Positions 36,681 through 49,830 of a stretch of DNA of 64,000 bases are shown here, piece by piece. A program made the position numbers and the translations under genes. Under the pieces are notes generated by a model. The model was not told the origin of the DNA. It did no database searches and saw only the letters and a list, made by a program, of their open reading frames with translations. This DNA comes from Carcharhinus longimanus (lineage: Eukaryota), in the NCBI GenBank assembly GCA_030264375.1, contig JASCQW010000133.1, forward strand, positions 43,026,065 to 43,090,064, read 5' to 3'. Every line of letters starts with the position of its first letter. Positions within the stretch are counted from its first letter, which is position 1.

Positions 36681-39548
36681 GCCACAATGACTCTGACTAT
36701 ATTAATGACTTGAATGAGGGAACTGAATGTACTATTGCCAAGTTTGTGGATGACACAGAAATAGGCAAGAAGCCAACTGATGCTGGGGTAGAGGGGGAAT
36801 TGGAGGCAGAGAATCCTGGAGGGCTGGTGGGGTGGAGGGGAAGTTGAGAGGTGGGGGAGTGGTCGTTGAATGGCAGAGGCTGCTGGAGCCCAGTCAGCCC
36901 AGAATTTGCGTGGAGTGGGAATGACCTAGACTGGGGAGGTAGGAGAAGAAGCTGTGAGGGGGAATGGTTGCCCAGCTTACTCACTTGCCTTGGTCAACTG
37001 AACAGCCCATGCAACATTTCCTGTTTGTCGGATCCAACATGTATGTAGACTGAATTCCTGCCTGCATGCGAAGTGATGGACACAGATGATGAAGATTCAG
37101 AGGTTTGCCACCCCATGAGCATTCCTGTTGGTCTCTGTACCTCAGGTTCAAAACAGAGAGTGGAAAGAGGCTGCAGGGAGGGTAGAGGGCTGGGAAGGTG
37201 AGGAGCAATGAAGGTAAGCAGCTGAGGGAGAGAGAACAGTTTTAATTCAGTTAACAAAGGAATATTCGGCTAACTAATCACCAGGAAAACTTGAAATCAC
37301 AAGATAATGAATTCCTTGCACTTGAAGGTGGAGTCTCTTGCTTAAGGCTGCATAAGCTGAAGAGTTCACTGTACAAGGAAGAATGTAGTGGATACTATTG
37401 TAATGAACACTGTGAATTGAACAATTTCATCCTGAACAAATATTTTATAAGAGTCGCATTCATGTGTTATCACATCTCAAAGCATTTCATTAACTGAGAG
37501 ACAAACATGCAACCAGTTATAAGATCCCTGATAGTGAGAATGATAAAGGAACCCCCAAAAATTGAAAACTTCAAGAAAAACCTTGAAAAAAGATCCCAGA
37601 TAGTTTGTATTTTATTCACATTATCTTAATGCTGTAATATTTATATTGCCATACTTACTAAAGGAGAAGTTAAAAATGGTATGTCAATGTATCTCTCAGT
37701 GTAGTGTTAAAGAACTGGCTATAGAAGAATTGGAAAAATCAAGTAAGTCAACTATCCTGGAATCTGGATAAAAATCATTCGTGGCTGAGGTTTCAGAATG
37801 GGCCTCTCACCTCTCTGTCAATAAGGGACACTGGGCAATAAAAAAATCCACTGCAGTAAAATGACTTCTGTTGGCTTATCTTAAAGATAAATCAAGTCCA
37901 CAATAAAATGAAACTATTATGTATCATTCAATATTTAGTGTGAATCCTTCTCTTCCTTCCAACAAGTATTTAGCTCCATAGCAGCTAGTGGGAATTTATA
38001 GATTTTAAACGTGTCTAAGCCAGGTGTAATTACAGTAACTGTACAGAATTCCTGAGCAAATTATATTAGCTCTTTAGAAGGAATAAAGGTTTTGAATCGA
38101 GCCCTTTTGGTGAAGTAGAAATTATTTGTAATGTACACACAGGGGAAAAAATCGTTCAAAAGAATGAAAGACATAAAAAACCTACGATTTGTGTATAGAA
38201 AGCTCTGTTTTTACCTGCTACATCTGGTGCATGGACTGCAGTTGTTGATGTCATATTAGCATTGACTGTTGGACGGCAGAGTTTATTTCATAGTTAAATT
38301 GGCAATGTTATGCATTGGAATACTTGTCTAGTATCCATACCCAACAAGGGATGCTAATATCAGGGGATTTTATTTTTGGAATATCTGCTGCCAAAGAACT
38401 GGAAAGACAATTTCCAGATCACAGTTAAACATACTTTAGTCATTTAGATTTAGTGGTCACCTTTCAACTTGTCAATTTGAGGACTGTCCTGAAACCTGCT
38501 AGTAAGAAAATTAAGATCATAACATTTTATTTTTGAAACTTGCCCAATCAGCAAAGTCAGTGGTAAGCTTAAACTCTCCCACAGTGTTTTATCAGCTGAA
38601 AACACATAATTAACACCAAACACTGCAGTATTGCTGGCCCAGTGAAATAAAGCAATTGCTAGGGTGACATGATGCCAGTGAAAAAATGTCCATTTCATTT
38701 TCACACAGCAGCAATCATCAGATTTGCATTTCATCATGGAGACATAAATGTAAATGTTTCTTGCATTTATTTAGACCTGGGACAACAAAGTAGTTCAAAT
38801 ACTTCGAGAATAGGTTGGCAGATTTTTATCTAATTACTACTATCTAAAAGATAGATTCAATTCCTACATTACTAAAGTGACAAAACATATACTTTAATGC
38901 CTTGTTATGAATGCTGGACTTAACAAAACTGTTATATTTCAAAACATTTCCTTTAACTTGAGGTTAAATTTGGATTTCTGGAAGCACTCTAATTTTTAGG
39001 TGGGCATATGTGATCTGGCTGAGTGTGAAACATGAATAGAAACTTATGGAAGTCAAGTGGCAGTTTTCATACTTGTCCACAGTGATTCACAGTAAGAGGA
39101 CAGCTGTTTTGTTAGACAGAGAGAGAGAGACAAAGGGGATACTGCTGTGTGAATTAACAAAGAATGTGCTGGGGTGGAGAAGCAGAACACTTGCAAGAGT
39201 TGGTTCTCTGTTCTAAAGGAAGGAGTCAGAATCAGCAGGATTTTTGGAGAATTAAGGAACAAAGAGTCATTTAGATGTGTCTTGCTGGTGGAAGTCTGAT
39301 CTGGAAGACTCTGGCTAAGTGGTACAACTTTGAAAGTCACCAGTAGTTTCGATGTAGCACGGCAGGGAAAATCGAACCTGCTGAAGGGCCGGGAGTAACA
39401 TTGAACCTGTTCTTGCAATATTATCTGCCATCGATGTACAGCAGGGTGAGCCGTGAGACATGTCTTGATTGTGTTAGCCATTTAAGGTAGAAGTGCCTTT
39501 TCTTTAGCTCGATGCATTAATTGCCTGTTAAGTAATGTTTGATTATCC

Positions 39549-39797
39549 TGTCTGCATGGGTTTCCTCTGGATGCTCTAGTTTCCTCCCACATTCCAAAAA
39601 TGGTTAGGTGAATTGGCCATGCTAAATTGCCCTTTGGTGTCTCAAGACATGGCTGTTAGGGGGAGTTAGCGGAGTAAATGTGTAGGGTTGCAGGGATAGA
39701 TGAGGGGGTAGGCCTGGGTAAGATGCTCTATTAGAGAGTCGGTGCAGACTCGATGGGTCAAATGGCTGCCTTCTACAGTGCAAGGATTCTATGATTC
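39549..39797 (+). mobile_element. HE1-type V-SINE (5'-truncated) with CR1-like tail
   Basis: Core TGTCTGCATGGGTTTCCTC..TTCCTCCCAC; tail GGTGCAGACTCGATGGGTCAAATGGCTGCCTTCTACAGTGCAAGGATTCTATGATTC. Confidence 0.85.
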
Positions 39798-40339
39798 GTG
39801 ATGATTTTAATTTGCTCACCACAGTAAAAGTCCTAAAATGTCATATCTTGTTGTTTGGTTGTTTCTGTTGATCATTTGGGATTTTTAAAGTTATTTTTCT
39901 CAAAACAGCCCTGCATTAAAAAGGTGACTTCATTCATGCCAAATTGAGTGCAAGGCGCTTGAGATATCTAAAGATTCTGAACAGAGCTTCACGGGTACAA
40001 GGTCTTTCTTTTCTGAAAGTACAAATGAAAAATGTAAAACAACTTTCCACCTCTGCAGTTGGTAGCATGTGAAAACTGAGATGTTATGGTTTGGTACAGA
40101 ATTTGGAGACTGCTATAAATCCAGAATCAGCAGAGAAATGGATGACAGTGTAGGATTGTCAATTTCTGACCATGAAAAACACGGTGGATAAATAAAGCTG
40201 CTAAATCAGTAGTACAAAGTATTGTTATGGTGCCATCACTGAGCACCATGTTGTGTTATAGGTTAGTATGGTGAGTCAATGCTGAGAGCTTGAGATTTAT
40301 ATGTATCAACATTAACTGTTTATTGCCAATCTTTAACTG

Positions 40340-40895
40340 TTTAGAGATCCCAGTTAATGTCACCAACCAACACCTCTACTTTCTCACAGGACTAAGGAAA
40401 TTTGATATGTCAGCTATAACTCTCACCAACTTTTACAGATGCACCATAGAAAGCATTCTTTCTAGTTGTATCACAGCTTGGTTTGGCTCCTGCTCTGCCC
40501 AAGACCGCAAGAAACTACAAATAGTTGTGAATGTACCCAATTCATCAGGCAAACCAGCCTCCCATCCACTGACTCTGCAAAGCAACCAGCATAATTAAGG
40601 ACCCCACACACCCCAGACATTCTCTCTTCCACCTTCTTTTGTTGGGAAAAAAATACAAACGTCTGAGGTCACGTTCCAACCAATTCAAGAACAACTTCTT
40701 CCCTGCTGCCATCAAACTTTTGAATGACCTACCTTGCATTAAGTTGATCTTTCTCTGCACCCTAGCTATGACTGTAACACTACATTTTGCACTCTCTCCT
40801 TTCCATCTCTATGAATGGTATGATCTTTCTGTATTGCTTGCAAGAAACAATACTTTTCACTATGCTAACACATGTAACAATAATAAAATCAAAAA
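40340..40895 (+). mobile_element. Rex1/Babar-like LINE 3' fragment
   Basis: QHLYFLTGLRKFDMSAITLTNFYRCTIESILSSCITAWFGSCSAQDRKKLQ and RSNQFKNNFFPAAIKLLN; tail TAACAATAATAAAATC. Confidence 0.88.
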
Positions 40896-41369
40896 CATGC
40901 ATGGTGCTGCTTCTAGAATGTCCTATGAGTTTATTACCATGTGACACAATGGCCAGGATTCAGATTCGCAACAAAGGGGTACACCAACCTCGGAGCCATG
41001 TAACTCACACAAATAGCATTAAAACTTCTGAAAATACCATATAGGTAGATAAATAAGCACAATAAATGGGAGATTATTTTACAGACTTAGCCCGTTTCAG
41101 GAGCTCCCTTACTTGAGTGTGCACCTGAAAGCATTTGAAGAAAGAATGTGTGCCCATGTTTGATGTCATCATGAAAGGGAAGTTACACGTGCCCAAATAT
41201 GTCACTATATAATGTTGGATCTACACATCAATGATTTGCACATGTAAACTCTACCTGCTGGGGTCGATTGCCAAATGAAACATGAAAAGACTGCATGTGA
41301 AAACCTGCAAAATTCACATTATTATGCGCAAAATACACTTTCCAATTCATCAGCAAAAGTCACTCCGAA

Positions 41370-41820
41370 ACAGATTATCTAGTCATTTATCTCTTGGCTG
41401 TCATGGGACCTTACTGTGTGAAAATAAATTACAGCAGTTCCTTTTGTGATAAGTGGCTGCATTTCAAAGGTATTTCATAGACTGAGGTGATTTTGGATAT
41501 CCTGATATCATGAAAGTCTATAACACAATGTAAGTTCTTTTTTCTTTTCAGCAAGTTGCAAAATTGAATTTAATACATCATTGGAATTGTGGGTTGACAC
41601 TAGAAATGAAATATTCATGGATGCTGCTAGATTGTTGAAAGACCCATCTAGTTCACTCATTCCTTCATAGAAGGGAATCTGCCACTCCCAGCAAATCAAA
41701 TCTACACAACTCCAGTCCTACACTGTAACACCTAATGCCCTCTGAAGTTGCTTCGTCAGCACTAATTATCAAGCCAACAAGTGATGACCACCAATTCATC
41801 TTTTCCACATCCTAAAAATT
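41370..41820 (+). mobile_element. Two decayed SINE fragments (Deu-domain type, then 13342 family)
   Basis: GCTGTCATGGGACCTTACTGTGTG..CATGAAAGTCTAT followed by GGTTCAC-like/GAAGGGAATCTGCC core. Confidence 0.55.
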
Positions 41821-41934
41821 TGTTTTGAAAAGATATGTTTCATTTGCAACAAGTGTGTGTCCGCCTCACATACTACCTGCAAGTGCAACATTTGTTTTTC
41901 TGATACACTAGTTAATCTGTGGCATTCTTGAGGC

Positions 41935-42160
41935 AACAGAGAAGGGAGAGGAGTGGTAGATGGAAAGAGACAGAATGAATGAACGAAAAGAGAATGGGAT
42001 CAAGATAGAGCAATAGGGAGAAGGGGTAAGAATGTGGAATAATAAAGTAATGAGAAGGAAACTAATGTAAGGTGAATAGGGGAGGATGATGGAGGAAAGG
42101 GAAATAGAGAGAGATTGGGAGGATGAAGCAGGCAGACAAGTAATAGCAGGGATAGTAGCA
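41935..42160 (+). repeat. Purine-rich (GA) low-complexity tract
   Basis: Strongly A/G-biased plus strand. Confidence 0.7.
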
Positions 42161-42335
42161 CAGAGCTCACTTTCTCTCTGTCATGTCTAAATTTCCATCC
42201 CAAAAGTAAAGGGAGGCTGTTTACACTTCTGTTTGGGGTTCAATATTAGTCCTCAGTGAGGAGAGGCTAGCTCACAAAGACATTGCATTTGTACTCAGGG
42301 AAGAGGAAGGTGCTGGGGCAACCTAAAACAGTCTA

Positions 42336-42610
42336 TGGTTATGATAATCCCCATGATCTGCATGGGGAATCACTAATTGACCTTCAAGTTGGGTCCATTG
42401 AATACAAGCTCTCCGAGGACTAGTAATTACCCATCCAGTGGAGCAGGTATACTGAGACCTATATAAGACCTATATCCCTGTGAGGATCCATTAACCTTTT
42501 AGTCCCAGTTGGGAATTGTTGTGTCCACCACAGGCTTGTGGTTATTGTTTATTTTAATTTGTGCAATAAAAGCACGGTTCTTCATTAACTGACTCCTGGA
42601 GTTATAGTAA
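42336..42610 (+). mobile_element. Decayed solo-LTR-like remnant
   Basis: Hairpin ATCCCCATG-ATCTG-CATGGGGAAT, TATATAA at about 42460, AATAAA at about 42565, U5-like GACTCCTGGAG. Confidence 0.45.
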
Positions 42611-42824
42611 TGGAGATGTTGGAGATTTCCTTTGCAGGTAGAGGAGAACATGATGGCTACAGAGAGATATTGACTGGAGCAAATACACGCAGCTGGAGGT
42701 TGCTATAGTAACATTTGGTGAATGATGGAGGGTTGGATGAGGGGAACCTTGAATCCAATGGTGGAGCTCCATTTCTGGTGCTGAAAATATTCATGCTATC
42801 ACAAAGTTCAGATATTAGCCTATA

Positions 42825-43440
42825 AGATATAGAAAATAGAAGTAGGAGTAGGTCATTCAGCCCTTTGAGCCTGTTCCGCCGCCATTCATTATGATCATGA
42901 CTGATCATCAGATTCAATATCCTGATTCCTCCTCCTTTCCCAATGCCACCCCGCTCCCCTCAATATATTTTGATCCCTTTAACCCCAAGAGCTATATCTA
43001 ATTTCTTCTTGCAATCACAAAATGTTTGGCCTCAACTACTTCCTGTGGTAATATATTCCACACATTTATCACTCTGGGTGAAAAAGTTTTTCCTCACCTC
43101 TGTTCTAAAATGTTTACTTCTTATTCTCAAACTATGACCTCTAGTTCTGGACTCCCCCAGCATTGGGAACATTCCTTCTGAATCTACCTTGTCTAATCTA
43201 GTTAGAAATTTGTAAGTTTCTATAAGATCCCCTCTCACTCTTACACTCCAATGAATACAATCCCAACTGACTTGGTCTCTCCTCATATGGCAGATCTGCC
43301 ATCCAAGGAATTAGCCTGGTAAACCTTCTCTGTACTCCCTCTACAGCAAGGACATCCTCCCTCAGATAAGGACACCAAAACTGCACACAATACTCCAGGT
43401 GTGGCCTCACCAACGCCCTATACAATTACAATAAAACATA
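42825..43440 (-). mobile_element. CR1/HER1-like LINE 3' fragment
   Basis: YRALVRPHLEYCVQFWCPYLREDVLAVEGVQRRFTRLIP and RGDLIETYK..SRTRGHSLRIR. Confidence 0.92.
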
Positions 43441-44328
43441 TTCTTACATTAGCTCAAACAATCTGGGGTATTCAGTAATTGTTACATTCTCTTCATGTTA
43501 CTGACATTCAAATTGTTAATACATTTCGAAAGAGTATCTTTCCAAACCTCCAGATGAGAGGCTGCAGACATTTTCATTGTTAACAAGATTTGTGGCTAAT
43601 TATGACACTTGGATAGTAGGAATTTGTTTCCCAATTTTTTCAGTAAAAATTACAGCCAAGTGTTTCAATGATTTTAAATCTAAACTTGTTTGCAATGCTT
43701 AACTGAAAAATTTGATTAATAGTTAAGGAAACAGTATTTCAGTTCGCATCAATTGAATTGTATATACATTATTGGCAGTGATTTTTATCACTTAGAATTG
43801 TGCCATTGGGTTAACATTTATTGCTGGCTCTACTAATTAACAAGCTAGCAAGTTTTCAACACTAATCTCTGGTTAAAGTTATTTGAATAAAATTAATTTA
43901 TCAGGCTTTGAATTCACATAAGATTCTTTGGAAGTTTTTTTTCAATGTATGACAGATAGCACTTCATGGTTAGGACATGGGGAAGATTATTTATTTAACA
44001 AAATCCTTGTTTAACAAAAGTTCTTTTCATTCCTTCTCCCCCCACCAACCAAAAAAAGATTTGTTACCCCCAGTGATTTGAGCACTCCTTGTCAGGTTAA
44101 ATTAGGCAGACGGCTATTTAAATTATCTTGAAAAAGCATCAGGAAAGACAATTTCTAATAGAAATTATATGTACCCTTTTTATTGCTGTTCAAATGGGCT
44201 AACATTATATCTTTTTTAATCATGAAANNNNNNNNNNNNNNNNNNNNNNNNNNNNNNNNNNNNNNNNNNNNNNNNNNNNNNNNNNNNNNNNNNNNNNNNN
44301 NNNNNNNNNNNNNNNNNNNNNNNNNNNA

Positions 44329-44505
44329 CTACCCTTTGCGTGAAAAACTGCCCTCTCAAGAACCTATCTATCTCTGACTTAAATACACTTGATGATCTGC
44401 CTCTACTGCCTTCTGTGGCAATGAATTCCATAGATTCACCACACTCTGGCTGAAGAAATTCCTCCTCATCTCCATTCTAAAGGATCATCCCTTTACTTTG
44501 AGGCT
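44329..44505 (-). mobile_element. CR1 3' fragment at a gap edge
   Basis: GGCAATGAATTCCATAGATTCACCAC..GAAGAAATTCCTCCTCATC. Confidence 0.8.
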
Positions 44506-44829
44506 GTTAGACATTCAGCTTATTGTGGGGTGCCGATTGTTGTGTTCACTGCATTAAGGTGATAGAACACCTTTAATGGTGAATTGCTTGCTTCTAATGG
44601 ATTCCTTTTCTTGGCAGATGGATTGAAAAAAGTCAGGGCAAGTTTTTGCAACCGGAGAATCATTTGGAACATTTGATGTAAAAGTCAGCATTTGTGGATG
44701 GCCCAATTTTTCAGTAATTATTGAGCAGAAAATTAGGTAAATGTGAACTGGATTCGGAAACCATCAGATCTAGACTTTTGTTCCCCAAATAAAGAGTCCT
44801 TAATGTAAGAGGGAAGAAAAAAATACAGC

Positions 44830-45420
44830 TGTAGAGAAGTTGGTGGTGATAATTAGTTCAGAAAATAGTAGTGCCAAGTAAATGCTAATAGAGGAGTCTA
44901 ATTTGGAATGTAGAGAGTGAGGAAGGTCCATGTTGGATTGAGATACAAGTGATAGTGGAGCATTTTGATTGGGTGAGGGGACTGGACAGATAGGTGCCAA
45001 AAGTTGATGACATTCAAGATGACGCGGGAGTTGAGGGGGGTTGAAATGACCATTCAGCAGGGAGAGAGCAGTAGGAGGGATTGGGGAAGCAGATGCATCC
45101 AGTGAAGAGAAGTAGGAATTGATAAAGATTGATTGATTGGAGAAACAATGTGGCTTCTGGTTTGGATCTGTTAGCACAGAGTAAGAAAGATATAAGTATG
45201 TGTTCAGGGAGAATGGAATGTGGCAAATGGGGATGGTAAAGCTGAGTGGGTATAAGGCACGGGCTCTCGGAGTTGGAACAGTGAGAGTCATTAGGAGGGA
45301 GTTGGGTTATGCAAGGGCATGGGTCCAAAGTGGGAACAGACATTAGGAGTAATCAAGAGTGAGGTTCTGTGGGTCGGGGAGAGGAATGGGTAGTGTCGAT
45401 GGAAATGCAGTAGTTAAAAG
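44830..45420 (-). mobile_element. Old L2-like ORF2 remnant
   Basis: Purine-rich plus strand; minus translation with L2-like segments (STTHSS.DP, P.LD.SI.IY..LFS.LI). Confidence 0.45.
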
Positions 45421-46436
45421 TATTGAAGAATAAACCTTCAGATTATTTCTGCGGAATAATTAAAAAATATATTTTACTACATTCCCATTATCAAAGCCTG
45501 CTTTTGCACAATAGGGAAAATGAGAGTTAAATAATACAGGGCTTTCTATAGGGAAAACTATAGGGAATATTCACCTGACCCACATTACTGGAAGCTGATT
45601 CAAGTTGCGAGTGGAAGAGCTCCATATTACAAATGCATTTGGAGAGTTAAGATGTTTTAATTATTAATAGTTTTATAGTGCTGAAGGAATTTAAATTTGT
45701 TCAATTCACAGCATGTATCATCACTTAGCACTGCAAGGTCCTGGGTCAGAAGGTTGTACTAACTTGTAAGTTGAAGGAGCATATCAAGAGGTCAAGGGTA
45801 GAGGTCCTAAATTGGGGATGGGGTTTGTTGGGAGGGCACAACAACCTGTGGTAGAGAATGTGCAGCGTTACCTGAACTCTCTTCCAAAGAAATGGGCCCT
45901 ATGTATGATATCCAACTTCTGCAGTCTGAAAAACTGGGTTCTAGCACTGAACAAGAACTGGCTTTTTATATTTTTTGGAAAGCATTAGCAATAGTTAATA
46001 GTTTCAAGGCAGTTGTGACCTTTAAAATTGGCTCCCACTGACTGTTGAATCTTATACTGGAACACCAGGAGCTGAAGTGGAGCCTGCCTCACAGGATAAC
46101 ATGAAGTGAAGCACAGTGCCATCTGGCTCAAAGGAATTAGGATAATTTACCTGTGGCAGTACAGTGCCACCTATCTCCAAAAGGAAAGCTGGAGGACTTT
46201 CTGCAAATGTCAGGAAAAATAAGCAGATCTGAAAAACAGGCTTGCAAAATTTGGTGGTAATTTGGTGTTAACCATTTTTTTAAATTCTTGGGGTCCTGGG
46301 AGCCATTCCCACTGAAGGCCATGTGACCTGCAGATTGGACCAGCTGCCAAAGTCTACCTTCTCTATCTCCATATTACATGGACCTACCTCAATAATCAAC
46401 TGATAAAGAGCAGAGACTTGATTACCCCTTCTTTCT

Positions 46437-47471
46437 CAGTGACTAGTGGTGTGTCTCAGGGATCAGTGATGGGACCATAATTGTTTATGATTTACATAGA
46501 TGATTTGGAATTTGGGACCAAGTGTAGTGTGTCAAAATTCACAGATGACACTAAGGTGAGTGGCAGAGCAAAGTGTGCAGAGCACGCTGAAAATCTGCAA
46601 AGGGGTGTAGGTAGCCTAAGGGAGTGGGCAAGGGTTTGGCAGATGGAGTACAATGTTGGTAAATGTGTCGTCATCCATTTTGGTAGGAATAACAGCAAAA
46701 TGGACTGTTATTTAAATGATAAAAAATTGCAGCATGCTACTGTGCAGAGGGACCTAAGTGTCCTTGCGCAAGAATCACAGAAGGTTGGTTTGCAGGTGCA
46801 GCAGGTAATTGAGAAGGCAAATGGAATTTTGTCCTTTATTGCTAGAGGAATGGAGCTTAAAAACAGTGAGGTTATGTTGCAGCTGTATAAGGTGCTGGCG
46901 AGGCCACACCAGGAGTACTGTGTACAGTTTTGATCTCCTTACTTGAAAATGAATATACTGGCACTGGAGGCGGTGCAAAGGAGATTCACTAGGTTGATTC
47001 CAGAGTTGAGACGATTAGCTTATGAGGAGAGACTGAGTAGATTGGGGCTATAGTCATTGGAATTCAGAAGAATGAGGGGAGATCTTATAGAAACAGGTAA
47101 GATTATGAACAGAATAGATAAGATAGAAGCAGGGAAGTTGTTTCCACTGGCAGGTGAAACTAGAACTAGGGGACATGGCCTCAAAATAAAGGGAAGCAGA
47201 TTTAGGACTGAGTTGAGGAGGAACTTCTTCACACAAAGAGTAGTGAATCTGTGAAATTCCCTGCCCAGTGAAGCAGTTGAGGCTACCTCATTGAATGTTT
47301 TTAAGGCGAGGATAGATACATTTTTGAACAGTAAAAGAATTAAGGGTTATGGTGAGCGGGTGGGTAAGTGGAGTTGAGTCCAAGAAAAGATCAGCCATGA
47401 TCTTATTGAATGGAGGAGAAGGCTTGAGGGGCAGATGGCCTACTCCTGCTCCTAGTTCTTATGTTCTTATG
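46437..47471 (+). mobile_element. Young 5'-truncated CR1/HER1-like LINE (RT C-half to 3' tail)
   Basis: FMIYIDDLEFGTKCSVSKFTDDTK..WQMEYNVGKCVVIHFG..QLYKVLARPHQEYCVQF, RGDLIE..RTRGHGLK; few stops; tail (TTCTTATG)n. Confidence 0.95.
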
Positions 47472-48179
47472 TGTCACGGGGCCAGGTGGAGATAAAGGGG
47501 AAGTTATCTAGTTGTCTGATGCAACCAGTGGTTTCTGGCACTTATTTGTACTGGAGACTTAGCTAATTACATATTTATTAGTGATTTAGATGATGGGATT
47601 GAGTTCAGTTTTGCTAATGACATGAGGATAGGTGGCATTGTGAGCCATGCAGATGGAAGCAGCAAATGACAAAGAGATAACGATGGATGAAATTAAAGAT
47701 CAAAAACTGTGGAATTGGATTTAAATATGGACAAATATATCGCGGGACTTAGAGGTGTCACTTGTTTCTTCAGAAGAAACTCTTCAAATGCAGACAATAA
47801 AAATACAATAAAACTTACAAATCAAAGGAAGCGTTTAATAAAGAAACTTCATTACTCCAAACCTGGGGCCTCGCCCTGGGCCAATCCAAGCTTCCCACAA
47901 TTCCCAGCAGTTTCTTATTTATAGTGAGTCAACTGGTCAGCTGACTATCACATCATTCTGTCATTGATTCCATGGTTTACTGGGTCAGCTGACTCTTACA
48001 GCTTGTCACCATTGGTCACATTACATTTGATACAAAGTTGTCACCAGTTTCGTTTTAACATCACTGACTGGCCAGCTTTTATTGCCCATCCCCAGTTGCC
48101 CTTGTTCCGAGGGCATTTTTTTAAACATTAGCCACATTGTTGTGGCTCTGGAATCACATGTAGGCCAGACCAGATAAAA

Positions 48180-48805
48180 AGCCCCCTACTTCTAGTTTCA
48201 CCTGCCAGTGGAAACAACTTCCCAGCTTATCTTATCTATTTCCTTCATAATCTTACATGTTTCTATAAGGTCTCCCTTCATTCTTCTGAATTCCAAAGAT
48301 TATAGCCCCAGTCTACTCAGTCTCTCCTCATAAGTCAACACTCTTAATCCTGGAATGAACCTAGTGAATCTTCTCTGCAACCCCTCCAGTGCCAGTATAT
48401 CCTTTCTCAAATAAAGAGACCAAAACTGTACACAATACTCCAGGTGTGGCCTCACCAGCACCTTATACAGCTGTAACATAACCTCGCTGTTTTTAAACTC
48501 CATCCCTCTAGCNNNNNNNNNNNNNNNNNNNNNNNNNNNNNNNNNNNNNNNNNNNNNNNNNNNNNNNNNNNNNNNNNNNNNNNNNNNNNNNNNNNNNNNN
48601 NNNNNNNNNNNNGCTACCTCATTGAATGTTTTTAAGGCAAAGATAGATAAATTTTTGAACAATAAAGGAATTAAGGGTTATGGTGAGCAGGTGACTGAGT
48701 GGAACTGAGTCCATGAAAAGATTAGCCATGTTTATATTGAATGGCGGAGCAAACTCAAGGGGCCAGATGGCCTACTACTGCTTCTAGTTGTTATGTTCTT
48801 ATGTT
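48180..48805. mobile_element. CR1 copy with inverted 5' part (48180-48512, -) and direct 3' end (48614-48805, +) across a gap
   Basis: Left part is the reverse complement of about 46841-47175; right part matches 47282-47471. Confidence 0.8.
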
Positions 48806-49045
48806 CTCTCGGTCTTCCCAACATGACAGAAATATGGCTGAAGCAAATTGTGGTTCAAAATGAATTTAACACATTTTACTTAGAATATGAAAGTGCATGA
48901 AATGTGTTCTAAAATCATGAAGTGTGCTTTTCTGCTTACTGCAACCACCACCAGTAATGCACTTCAATGTGTTTTAGCTCAAAATTCTCTTTTCAAACAC
49001 AGCCATAACTGGGAATGGCAACATTTATAATTATACTGCTGCCAG

Positions 49046-49320
49046 GGGTGGCACGGTAACACAATGGTTAGCACTGCTGCTTCACAGCACCAGGGATCCG
49101 GGTTCGATTCTCAGCATGGGTCACTGTGTGGAGTTTGCATGTTCTCCCCATGTCTGCGTGGGTTTCCTCTGGGTGCTCTGGTTTCCTCCCAAATTCTGAA
49201 AGATATGCTGGTTATGTACATTGACCGGAACAGGCGTCGGGACTGTGGCGACTAGGGGAATTTCACAGTAACTTCACCACAGTGTTAATGTAAGCCTTAC
49301 TTGTGACAAATAAATAAAAT
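49046..49320 (+). mobile_element. Full-length tRNA-derived V-SINE-like element
   Basis: GGGGTGGCACGGT..TGGTTAGCACTGCTGC, GGTTCGATTC, core, tail CTTGTGACAAATAAATAAA. Confidence 0.92.
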
Positions 49321-49609
49321 GTTAAATAATTATTTTCCACAATTTATGTCAACAAATTGGAAAGATTTCACAATTAGCACTATACTGAAGTTTTAGTGTT
49401 TACAGTGGATTGCTATCCATCATGTCCTGAAATGTAAAAGCTTTATGTTGCTGTCATAACACTAGAAAAGAAGAAAGCAAGAATGTATTTATTGTCATGA
49501 TTTATCACTTCTCTCTGAAGTAGCCTTTGTATTTCTGAAACAACAAAACAGATTGAAATTCAGGGGTTAAGGAAATGCTACAGCAATTCTGTGCACTTCT
49601 TCTTTGTGT

Positions 49610-49830
49610 GAAAGCCAACCAACCGTCTCAGCCCAACCGGGATACCCTTTGCCTCTCCGTTTCCCTTTCTACCTTTAAAAAGCTCCACAAAGTCCATCTC
49701 TCCAGTCAAGCCTTCAGTTTCTTAACTCTTTTATAAAAGGTCAGCATTCTTTCTGTTTGTCCTCTGTGAAATATCTTGGGATTCTTTCCACTTTCAGTGT
49801 GCTAGATAAAAGCAGTGTATTGCTGTGGTA
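49610..49830 (+). mobile_element. L2-like 3' end
   Basis: ..CTGTGAAATATCTTGGGATTCTTTCCAC..GTGCTAGATAAAAGCAG; similar to 60960-61208. Confidence 0.5.

Noticed and set aside
37659-37718. Minus-strand exon with strong acceptor and GTAAGT donor
   Set aside because: Stop codons in all three frames; shows how noisy small-exon calls are here.
46481-47254. Reverse transcriptase-like ORFs as a host gene or retron-type system
   Set aside because: 5'-truncated CR1 ORF2 with in-frame stops; ordinary retrotransposon relic.
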